A stretch of DNA of 63,754 nucleotides, the filler included, from Vezdaea acicularis (Eukaryota), in the NCBI GenBank assembly GCA_026025075.1. It is 3 parts of 3 records of this genome, joined end to end, with 100 filler letters (N's around TTAATTAATTAA, not from the genome) between each part and the next. Parts side by side here need not be neighbours in the genome. Positions count along the whole stretch, not along the records: positions 30,158 to 59,742 come from JAPEUI010000165.1; 2 more parts are not named here. One strand, given 5' to 3'. Position 1 is the stretch's first letter. Every line of letters starts with the position of its first letter. Shown here one piece after another: positions 36,706-47,421 of this stretch. Below the pieces are notes generated by a model. That model ran no database searches. It worked only from the letters and a program-made list of their open reading frames with translations, and was not told the DNA's origin. Both the position numbers and the translations under genes were made by a program.

Positions 36706-38928
36706 ATGACCACTATGGTTGATCCGTTGGAGGTACACTCGCTACTGGGCTGTGTGTGTGACAAGTACGCTTACTGACCAGTTTAGAGACTATCTGTACC
36801 TAACGGCAAGCGTAAATTGGAGACATCATCTGAACCAAGTGCCACTGTCCCACATTTTCTTCAAGGAATGTTACCTAATATTGGGCATGTAGGTGGCCCT
36901 CGAAAGTCAATGAAGCTAGGCGTGCACGGAGATTTCAAGGGCAAGAACAATGTGACGTCAAAGGAGCTAGTAGACGAGCACTTTGAGGGCCCCGAGCTTC
37001 CGCCTGATGAGGAACTTGAGCCGGAGCCTGATGACGAAGAAGGGCGCTTCTTCGGAGGAGGTATCACCAATGATACAGCCGAAATTCTTGACTTCATGGG
37101 CGAGCAGGGTGATGCTGGAATGAATGCAAGTATATTGGCGTTTTTGTCAGTGGAGATGCTGATGGCATGTAGGCAGAAAAGATTGACTTAAACTGGCTTC
37201 GAAGAACAGCACTTGGTTTCGAGAAACGTATTACCAAGAACGCGGAGCTACGAGCGAAGTTTGAGGATCAACCGCAAAAGTACGTCATGTTATATTGAGA
37301 GTCGGCTTTCTTGAAGGCTGATACACCGCAACAGGTTCATGGGGTCGGAGGCAGATCTGGACACAGACATCAAGGCCTTGTCCATTCTTTCAGAGCATTC
37401 AGAGCTCTATGCAGAGTTTTCGAAGCTAGGGTGCGTGGCGTCGTTGGTGAATCTATTGACACATGAGAACACGGACATCGCCATTGATGTTGTCGAGATT
37501 ATCGCCGAGCTGACGGATGAGGATGTCGAAGCTGATCAAGCGGATTGGGACGTCCTTGTCGAGGCTATGGTGAGATATTGCGCCTGCTTTCCAGGAGTAG
37601 CTAACATACTTAAAGGTTGACGCCGGTCTCTTAGACCTGCTTCTACAAAATCTATCGCGTCTTAATGAAGAGAATGAATCTGACAGGAAGGGAGTTTACC
37701 ATGCTTTGAGTAGGTCAAATGTCAGCACACCCAACTTCTATCTACTGAACGTAATGTATTGCTAGACGTCTTTGAAAATTTAGCCTCGAGCTTGAAACTC
37801 GTCAATTCGATCGGTCTCAACACGTCGTTATTAAATTGGCTTCTCGGACGGATTCATGTACGGGAATCTCCAATTGGCCAGAATAAGCAGTATGCAGCAG
37901 AGTTACTTGCAGTTCTATTGCAGTTTTCGTCTCCAAATCGTATGCGGTTCATAGAGCTTAATGGCATAGATATTAGCCTTCAGCTCCTTAGCTCATATAG
38001 GAAACGCGATCCAGCCAAGGGCACGGAAGAAGAGGAGTTCGGAGAAAATCTCTTTGACTGTGTTACCTGCGCCCTGGAAGAAATTGAGGGAAAGCAGAAG
38101 TTTGTTGAGGCGGAAGGGGTAGAGCTATGCTTAATAATGCTCAGAGAGGGTAGATGGAGCAAGCCAAGGGCTTTGCGCCTTTTAGATCATGCTCTAGGCG
38201 GGCATCACGGTGTTGCAGCCTGTCAAAAGTTGGTGGAAGCTCTGGGGCTGAAGACGATATTTGCTATGTTTATGAAGAAAGTAAGGCAATATTTGATACG
38301 CATTAATTACTGAATCATCTGACATGGATACAGCAAGATAGTCAAACTACGGAACATATCTTAGGCATTCTTGCATCTCTTCTCCGGCTACTCCCTGCTA
38401 CCTCAACTGAGAGAATACGAACTCTCGCTAAGTGTGTCGAGAAGGATTATGAGAAAATCGAAAGGCTGGTCAAGATGAGGAATGATTTCGTACAAAAGCT
38501 GGAGCGAGTAGATGAAGATATGAGGCTTGAGAACGGGAACGCCGGCGTAGGAGAATTCGAGAGCAACGAGGATGAAAGGCTCTCTAGGAGGCTAGATGCG
38601 GGATTGTTCTCTCTCCAGGTGAGAAAGCACAGGCTATTGGTACTATTCATAACAACAGCATTGACCAGGGACCTCGCAGATGACGGATATCATACTCGCC
38701 TGGCTTATTGCAGAGGATGATGGCGCAAAGAAAAAGATACGTTTATTACTTGGAGATCAAGATGACTCGTTCAAAAATATCAGGTCAACTTTGCAGGGCG
38801 AGTCTCACTGCCCAAAGCACGGCTTCATATTGCTAATTTGAGTAGATCAGCTCAGCACAATGGCACATACGGAAGAAGTGGATCGCTCGACAAAAGAATT
38901 GCTGGAGACTTTGGTAAAGTTCTTGTAA
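36706..38928 (+). CDS. CTNNBL1: Beta-catenin-like protein 1 (DUF1716; Prp19/NTC-associated splicing factor), multi-exon
   Basis: DDEEGRFFGGG, KNAELRAKFED, FMGSEADLD, LLTHENTDIAI, NKQYAAELLA, YRKRDP, RLDAGLFSLQ. Confidence 0.92.
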
Positions 38929-38967
38929 TAAAGTTCTCAAGTAAACTTAGTGATGGCTTTTTGCATA

Positions 38968-39410
38968 ACGTATTCCACGAGCGAAATCAAAACACAAGCG
39001 AAATCACCAGGGCCAAAATATACTGAAATGCCTACAATCGTGAATCCCCAGCATCAAACACAATGCCGTCAGTATCACGATGATCTCTACTGTAAATTAT
39101 GTCCTTGATGTCCAATGCATGTATGAGCATTATCTCCGCTATTCAAACATGTATTGTAGCATTTCTCCTTGTCTCTCACTAACATTTGGAGCATCTTCTC
39201 ATTGATTGCTTCATGAGGCATCTGGTTTTCGCTCACAGCACTATAAATGACATTCTGATCTTTCTGATTGTTGGGAGTAACAATTTGCTATAGTAGAGGT
39301 CAAATCACATGGTGCTGTGGTTGAGGGTTAGGGGTCAAGATCATAGGCATTTTGATACATTTTGGCCCTGGTGATTTCGCTTGTGTTTTGATTTCGCTTG
39401 TGGAATACAT
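38968..39410. mobile_element. 443-bp non-autonomous MITE, Tc1/mariner-pogo (Fot1/Vader-like), with ~80-bp TIRs and TA target-site duplication
   Basis: Left end TA|ACGTATTCCACGAGCGAAATCAAAACACAAGCGAAATCACCAGGGCCAAAAT is the inverted repeat of right end ATTTTGGCCCTGGTGATTTCGCTTGTGTTTTGATTTCGCTTGTGGAATACAT|TA. Each TIR has an internal direct repeat CAC(A/G)AGCGAAATCA x2; no ORF inside. Confidence 0.9.
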
Positions 39411-39798
39411 TACAGTTCTTAGAGCAGAGTGTTGTAGAATAATTGAAATCAGAATATATCGAACTGTGTTACACGCTAAGGGCTAAGCGAGGCGCGCAGC
39501 AAGAAAATGTTAAACCTTAAACAAAGGAGCCTCAAAAGTCATTCGCGACACCATCGTAGGTTCTCTTTCACCAAGACTATCATCCCCACATTCCGTCCGA
39601 ACCCGCCCGGACCCTGTATTATTTCGCGCAGGTTCAACGCGCTCATGTCGTGTATCTTCAACATTCGGAAACACAGTTGAGAGTATTAATTTTGCGTCTT
39701 GGGTCTTGCCTGCCCCTTCGTTGATCGCCACTGTCCCATTCACTCCCCTTTCGCTCTGGGTGATCTCGCGTCAAAGAATTACTTAACTCCTCAATACT

Positions 39799-42700
39799 AT
39801 GTCAAGCTATCCTGATGGTTGGTCAGAAGAAGGTGGAGTTGAAACTGCAGCAGACGGTCACGAAGAATACGACGATGACGACTACGCCGAATATGACGAG
39901 GAGATCACTGCCGAGGACTGCTGGACAGTCATCTCTGCATTCTTTGATTCCAAGGGTCTGGTATCGCAGCAGCTAGACTCCTATGATGAATTCGTCTCGA
40001 CAACGATGCAAGATCTCGTCTCAGAGAATGACAAGGTTGTACTAGACCAGAACTCGCCACCTCCTCGAGAAGATGGCACGGAGATTGCTTTACGGAGATA
40101 CGAGATTAATTTTGGCAATGTGCTTCTTGCTGATCCAGGGCATACTGAGGCAGATGGGCAAAACACCAAGTTAACTCCTCAGCAGGCCCGCATAAGAAAC
40201 CTCACCTACTCATGCCCAATGTACCTGGAAATGACAACAAAAATCTCGGTCGCAAGAGAAATAGAGGAGGAACCAAGTGATAACGAAGACACTGCAGACA
40301 GAGCCAACAACGAGAAAGAGCCCAAGACATATTTTGACTGGGAAGAAGAGCAAACCCAAGGCATGGGTGAAGGGGGACCTTTACAGGTGTTCATTGGAAA
40401 GCTCCCAATAATGCTCAAGTCCAAATATTGCATACTCAAGGATCAACCGGAGGACAAACTTTACAACCTTGTCGAGTGTCCATATGATCAAGGGGGGTAC
40501 TTCATTATCAACGGTTCTGAAAAGGTCCTCATAGCGCAAGAACGAAGTGCAGCGAATATTGTTCAAATATTTAAGAAACCTCCACCAGCCCCAGCCCCAT
40601 ATCATGCAGAAATCCGCAGCGCTGTCGACAAGGGCTCAAGATTGATTTCAAGCCTTGAAGTCAAGTTATTTGCTCGTGACAAATCAGGGCAAGGTCTGGG
40701 TAAAACCATTAAAGCGTCACTGCGATACATCAAGGTAGATGTGCCAATAGCGATCCTTTTCCGCGCCTTGGGAATTGTTTCGGACGAAGATTTCCTCAAT
40801 CACATTTGCTACGACCGAAGCGACTCTCAAATGATGGAAATGTTAAAGCCATGTATCGAGGAGTCGTTGCCAATACAGAGTCGCGAACTAGCCCTAGACT
40901 GGCTCAGTAAGCGTGGCAACGCATTAGCCCAAAATCGTGAGAAGCGTATCAAATTTGCTCGTGATATCATGGAAAAAGAATTTCTACCTCATATTTCGCA
41001 AGAGCAAGGACATGAAGCGCAGAAGGCGTTCTTCTTAGGCTACATGGTCCATCGCTTGCTCCAGTGTGCTCTTGGTCGCCGTGAAGTTGACGACCGGGAT
41101 CATTTCGGGAAAAAGCGATTAGATTTGGCGGGTCCACTCCTTGCCAGCCTTTTCCGAATGTTATGGAGTAAGCTCACAAAAGATGTTTACAAACATTTAC
41201 AGAAATGTATCGAGGGTAACCGCGAGTTCAACTTAACACTAGCGGTCAAAGGGACAACAATCACGAACGGCCTCAAATACTCCTTAGCCACAGGCAACTG
41301 GGGTGACCAAAAGAAAGCTGCCTCATCAAAAGCCGGCGTTTCTCAAGTGCTGAATCGCTATACTTTTGCTTCAACACTTTCCCATCTGAGACGAACTAAT
41401 ACGCCAATTGGCCGCGATGGGAAAATTGCAAAGCCAAGACAGCTACATAATACTCATTGGGGCCTTGTGTGTCCTGCTGAGACCCCCGAGGGACAAGCTT
41501 GCGGCTTGGTCAAGAATCTTGCTCTCATGTGTTACGTTACCGTAGGTACACCGTCAGCACCAATTCTGGAGTATATGTCGAGTAGAGCCATGGAAAATAT
41601 AGAAGACTACGAACCGATACTCAACCCAAACGCAACTAAAGTCTTTGTCAACGGAGTGTGGGTGGGCACACACCAAAATCCCACTGTACTCGTGAACAGT
41701 GTGATGGAACTACGAAGGAGCAATCTTGTCTCTCACGAAGTTAGTCTTGTCAGAGATATCCGGGATCGGGAGTTCAAGGTCTTTACAGACGCTGGAAGAG
41801 TTTGCCGGCCTCTTTTCGTTGTTCAGAGTGATCCCACTCAACCAAGAGAAGGTCATCTGATCCTCACAAAGCAACATATCGAGAGGTTAGAAGCGGACCT
41901 CCACATACCTGCTGATTTAAGCGCTGAGGAGAGAGCGAATCAAACCTTTGGCTGGAAAGGACTCATAATTGAGGGAGCTGTAGAGCTTCTCGACGCAGAA
42001 GAAGAAGAAACCGCGATGATTGTCATGACCCCTGAGGACCTTGATCTTTCCCGCCAATATCGCGAAGGGTATCAGATTGAGGAGACCCAGGCTCCGTTAA
42101 GTCGAAAGAAAGCAAAGATTAGCGATCTCGCACAAACATACACTCACTGTGAAATCCACCCAAGCATGATCTTAGGGATATGTGCTAGCATCATCCCCTT
42201 CCCAGATCATAACCAGTCACCTCGTAATACTTATCAATCTGCAATGGGTAAACAAGCGATGGGTGTCTTCCTCACTAACTTTGACCAAAGAATGGATACA
42301 ATGGCCAACATTCTATATTACCCTCAAAAGCCTTTAGCAACAACTCGGTCGATGGAGTTCCTCAAATTTAGAGAGCTCCCTGCTGGTCAAAATGCAATTG
42401 TAGCCATAGCTTGCTACTCTGGATATAACCAAGAAGATTCTGTCATCATGAACCAGAGTAGTATCGATCGTGGTCTTTTTCGAAGCCTTTTCTACCGAGC
42501 TTATGTCGACGCCGAAAAGCGTGTCGGAATGGCTATTCTCGAGCAATTTGAGAAACCGACGCGAAGTGATACTCTCCGACTCAAACATGGCACATACGAT
42601 AAGCTTGACGAAGATGGCATCATCAATCCTGGTATTCGAGTTTCGGGAGAGGATATCATCATCGGAAAAACGGCACCGATTGCACCGGATGCTGAAGAAT

Positions 42701-43659
42701 TGGGTCAACGAACCAAGCTTCACCAAAAGCGGGACACCTCTACCCCTCTACGAAGCACCGAGAGTGGTATTGTTGATCAAGTTATACTATCTACCAATGC
42801 CGATGGGCTTCGATTCGTCAAAGTCCGGATGAGGACGACCAAAATTCCACAAATTGGGGACAAGTTTGCATCTCGCCATGGTCAGAAAGGTACCATTGGT
42901 ATCACTTATAGGCAGGAGGATATGCCCTTCACAAAAGACGGCATCGTGCCTGACCTGATCATCAACCCACACGCCATCCCTTCGCGAATGACAATTGCCC
43001 ATTTGATTGAATGTCAGCTCAGCAAGGTCTCATCCCTACGGGGTTTCGAGGGTGACGCCACCCCTTTCACTGATGTCACGGTCGACTCGGTCTCAAGACT
43101 GTTAGAGGAGCAGGGCTACCAGTCTAGAGGCTTTGAAGTCATGTACAATGGCCATACTGGTCGCAAGCTAGTAGCTCAAGTATTCCTTGGACCCACTTAT
43201 TACCAGCGGCTCCGTCATATGGTTGACGACAAGATCCATGCTCGAGCTCGGGGTCCTGTCCAGATCTTGACGAGACAGCCGGTCGAAGGTAGAGCACGAG
43301 ATGGTGGTCTTCGATTCGGAGAGATGGAACGTGATTGTATGATCTCGCACGGTGCAAGCGCCTTTTTGAAAGAAAGGCTTTTCGAAGTCTCGGATGCTTT
43401 TCGAGTCCACATTTGCGATATCTGTGGGCTCATGACACCTGTTGCGTATGTCTTTTCCAGTTGCCTAAACTTTCTCATACACTAACTGGTGATTAGCAAT
43501 CTCAAGAAGAATTCGTTCGAGTGCCGCCCTTGCCAGAACAAGACAAGGATCTCGCAGGTGCAAATCCCTTATGCAGCCAAGTTACTCTTCCAGGAACTTG
43601 CCTCGATGAACATTGCGGCACGATTGTACACGAAAAGATCAGGCGTAACCATTCGCTAG
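39799..43659 (+). CDS. RPB2: RNA polymerase II second-largest subunit; intron 43446-43496
   Basis: [59 protein letters not shown]; last exon [17 protein letters not shown]. Confidence 0.99.
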
Positions 43660-44919
43660 AAATGGTCCCTAGTGTTTTCGTCTTCTTTCTAATGGCCCTT
43701 GCCTAAATTTAATGAGCAACGGATCGCACAGGCGCATGGATCTCTACATTGTGTGAATTGTCAAGCATTGTCAGGGAGTTGGTACACAGGACGGCATCTC
43801 CTAAAAAGAATCAATGAGCCGGTTTCGGGCGAGGAAGAGGTAGAAGCAGTTGTATGATATCAAGTAGCGCAAGACATAGAACAGAGTGAAGTTATGTCTA
43901 TCAGTTCAACTTTGTGAAAAAGTCCCAAGGGCAGAGTCTGGTCATTAACCCAATGCACGCCACGCTCCTTAAGTCCTCTAAACCATCCCATGACGGTCAA
44001 ATAACAGATCTCTATTGTACATCACAGCCCGCTCTTGTGTCACTTTGATGCTCCATGTGTCCCTCAACCCGTATGTTCCTTCTCAAAATCTAACATCCTG
44101 TCTCAGCCAAATGCATTTCGTGACAAGAGCACCTGGGACGGCATAGGTACTTACGTAGGCAGTAGATAATCGCTCCAACTCGAATGGAAGAACGCAACTG
44201 CAGCCTACATTGAGTGTCAGCCGACAAATCCTTTCTGCGCCCCCTTTCACCAATCATTATCGTTGCCCCCGACCCTCGTGTCCTCTTCCCTTCTCCCCAT
44301 GGCGCCCTACGCCCGCGACTCCATTCCACAAATCAACGATCTAACTCACCCCAAAGATGGCGATACTCCGCACGACAGATGCGTTCTCTGCCGACGTGAG
44401 CTCGCTGTATGCGCTGCTGAGATAGCCGCTATTCTGCTTATCGCCCTTGCGCGTGTTGGCGCTGCTAAAAGTGACGGTTTGCCGCTTCGGTGCCATTTCG
44501 TGATCTGGGAAGATATATGAATGATAGTGTAGAGAATGTTTCGCGGTATATCAACGAGTGGACTCTCCGGTGAGATGATGATGGGAAGGATGACGATGAA
44601 AGTTCGGAGATGGGAAATTTTGGGTCACGTGGATGTAGCCGAGGCTGGATATATTTCTACTGTAAAGACGACGCCGGCTCAAGAACGAGCTATGCAGACG
44701 GAACAAGCTCTGACCTTAGAGTAGAAACACCTTCCTCAAGACCGCAGATGTCACACAAAACCCGCCGAGAGCCATGCATCTTGAAGACCCCTCCACTTGA
44801 CCCAAGCCGTAACACCGTAGTTCAGGCCCCAATTGCCAGACATCATACCAAGGGGCGCCGGAAGAAGCCGACGCTAGTGCTCTTGAGATCAGGAACAGTT
44901 CACGAAGGACTTCTACCGC

Positions 44920-45650
44920 ACATGTACCACAGTCAGCTTGATGCCATTTTGATATCGAAAAGTGCAACGCAAAATCTCAAGATCATGTGGCGTCCACGTG
45001 ATATTTAGATTTTGCGTCCAAGTTTTTGTCATAGTAGCTGCCGTGGCTAGCATGGTTTGACTGCGGTGTTACCCTGTGGTCGGACAATCCTCTGGCTAAC
45101 ATGCGGCGATACCTGGCCCGCACGAGGCCATTTTGACAGCGTATATCACTACGCAAAAACTTAAGATCATGTGACGTCGCATGATATGAAAGATTTCCCG
45201 TCGGGCCTTTATGTGATGGGATCACCGCCATTGACTGCCAGTGTTACCCAGGAGTCCGACGAGCTATGGCTAACATGCGCGGTATCACGGCAAGCCTCAC
45301 GCCGTGTTATCAACGAAAAGAGCAACGCAAAATCTCAAAGTCATGTGCTATCATATGACCTGGGACTTTTCCCGTCAGGATTTTACATGATAGCATCGCT
45401 CGTTGCTTGCGTGGTTCGACTGCCAGTGTTACCCAGGAATTCGACGATCCTTGGCCAACATGCGGCGGTACCATGGCAAGCTCGAGGGCATTTTGATATG
45501 GAAAAGTACGACGCAAAATCTCAGGGTCATGAGGCATCACATGACTCGAGAGTTTTCTCGTCAAGATTTTACGTGATAGCGGCGTGCCGTCGTTTGACTG
45601 CAGCATTACCCAGGAGTCCGACGGTTCTATGGGTAATACGCTGCAGTACG
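44920..45650 (+). repeat. Tandem array of four diverged ~180-bp units, each with two long hairpins; candidate structured ncRNA cluster
   Basis: ACGCAAAA anchors at 44967, 45151, 45325, 45511; GACTGC..TTACCC anchors at 45059, 45233, 45418, 45596; inverted-repeat pairing retained in every unit. Confidence 0.85.
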
Positions 45651-46077
45651 TGCACCCTAGAATGAAGGCATGATTCCCAACTAGGGTCTGTCACGATCGC
45701 GAAGCGCACAATATTCTTGCAAGCTTGCTGCAGCGGTTTCCTCACAAGAGCGAAGCGCTTTTTCTCAATGCGATTCCTAATCAACCTGAGCATATCAATG
45801 CTTTGAACTGGACTCATTTCCCGAACTGTGGAGCATCGCGGAAACCCCACCTCCGGCGCCTCGTACTTTGTTGTCAAGTCTACGGAGCTTACACGCACAA
45901 GAGCAGCTATGAAGCAAAAGTAACTTCACACCGCGGACTGTCAGCTTGGGCCCCCAAGATCACTTCTACCATTGGTCAACCGGGAAATATGCAGCCAAGC
46001 GTAAAGGCGAGGTCCGCCATCTGAAGGAACACCATTACTAGCCTTTTCCCAGCCTGGCATGGATGGCTCAACTGCTT

Positions 46078-47142
46078 CTTATCTCTCCAGATCTCCATAG
46101 ACGTTTGAGGCTGATCCAGCCAACAGACGGCGCCACCTCTACGGCAGGAAGCAAACAGATGCAGTATAGATGAGCTTATCGCCAGTGCATGATCCTCGGA
46201 GGGGAGCGCGTGACCGCCCCGGACTGTGTCCTTACTGGTATGGATTGGTACGAATTTCAAAGCAACAAGGATCGATTTGCTGCTTCCGTGCGCGGGGAGC
46301 CGCGAGAGCAGGCCGAACCTCGCGTTAAACCCTCTGATCCCCACGCATCCCACATGGCGAGTACCATTGCTTTTCATGCTGGGGACAACCCGACTCCGCT
46401 TGTTTCCTTTTCTCCGAAGCCGGCTTCGATCTGTTGACCTATTTCACCCTGCAATGGAAACTGTTTCGATTTTTCTAGGCGGTGGAGCTTTGTGTCTCCA
46501 CTGTAGAAGCTGCGATTTTCCCTCGGCCAGGCCAGAGCGCTAAACGCGAATCTGACTGTCATCCCGCCTGCAGCTGAACAGCGCGATTGTTATCTTGCTG
46601 TGCGAGGTCCAAAAATCATGGCGTGATGCCGCGCAAATTTCTGGGAAGCGTTCTTCGGCCGTCCGCCAATACGACGACGGACAGTCGTGCTTTTAGTCGT
46701 GCTTTTTGTGGCGTGGGGATGAACTTTCTCTTCGTGGACTGGGGAGGGCGCACCGGGCTGGATTCGGCTAGCCGCCAAGCGCAACTGTTGGCGAGCGATT
46801 AGGCGAACGGCTGATAGAGCCAGGGCCAACGTCTAACCCCATTCCCTGCAGTCAACCTCTCGCCCACCTCCGCACGCGGTGCCCCGCCAGCCTCTCGAGC
46901 ATTCTTATCTTCAGCAGCTTCACAGCCAATGCAGCCCATAGACGCTGCGTTGCCGCGGCGGCAGATAAGCTTGCATGACGATCCCACGCTACCGGGCCCT
47001 CCAACTTGGCAGGTATCGGCGCATGGGGTGATATCGCGGCCGTGGCGCCGCCCCGCAGGGTCTGCAGAACGCTAGTCGACCACCATCCAATCGACAATAG
47101 GCGAGACTGACGATCGCTTCTCTGTTGTCCATCGTTCTATCA
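46078..47142. promoter_or_regulatory. Cluster of HGATAR sites upstream of DUR3 (putative AreA/Nit2 nitrogen-regulation elements)
   Basis: CTTATC at 46078, 46175, 46904; TTATCT at 46590; TGATAG at 46812; AGATAA at ~46962; CTATCA at 47137. Fungal urea transporters are known GATA-factor targets. Confidence 0.5.
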
Positions 47143-47421
47143 TTCCTTCTCCTGATGCCTCGACTCACCGGCCTTGACACATGGAGCTTGCTTGTTCGGC
47201 TTGGAGAGCTCCGTCGGCCCTCAGCATCGCGTTGGAATGTCTTTGGGGGAGGTTTGGGCTAGGGCAGGTCTGGAGCCTGATGGCTCGGTATCAAGCCGAA
47301 CAGTGCCCTCCGTGCATATATTTCCCCCAAGTCCCTGCCTCGAGATATGGTTGTCTTTGAGCTCCCGGCCTCACACAAGCCATCGTAAGTTTCAATTGTG
47401 ACACGCGGATCATCTACGACG

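Noticed and set aside
39319..39336. Telomere-like GGTTGAGGGTTAGGGG inside the MITE
   Set aside because: Only one exact TTAGGG unit; expected by chance.
44299..44700. Possible RING-finger remnant (DRCVLCRREL..CHF..INEW)
   Set aside because: Ligand spacing incomplete, stops and frame changes; too weak to call.
44920..45650. CRISPR-like or H/ACA snoRNA interpretation of the array
   Set aside because: Eukaryotic context, whole units are homologous with no unique spacers, and no consistent ANANNA/ACA or C/D boxes were seen across the four units.
45171..45665. 164-aa ORF with apparent peptide repeats over the hairpin array
   Set aside because: Non-ATG start; the hairpin-B segments are read in different frames in successive units and unit 1 is out of frame (period 184), so the conservation is not at protein level.
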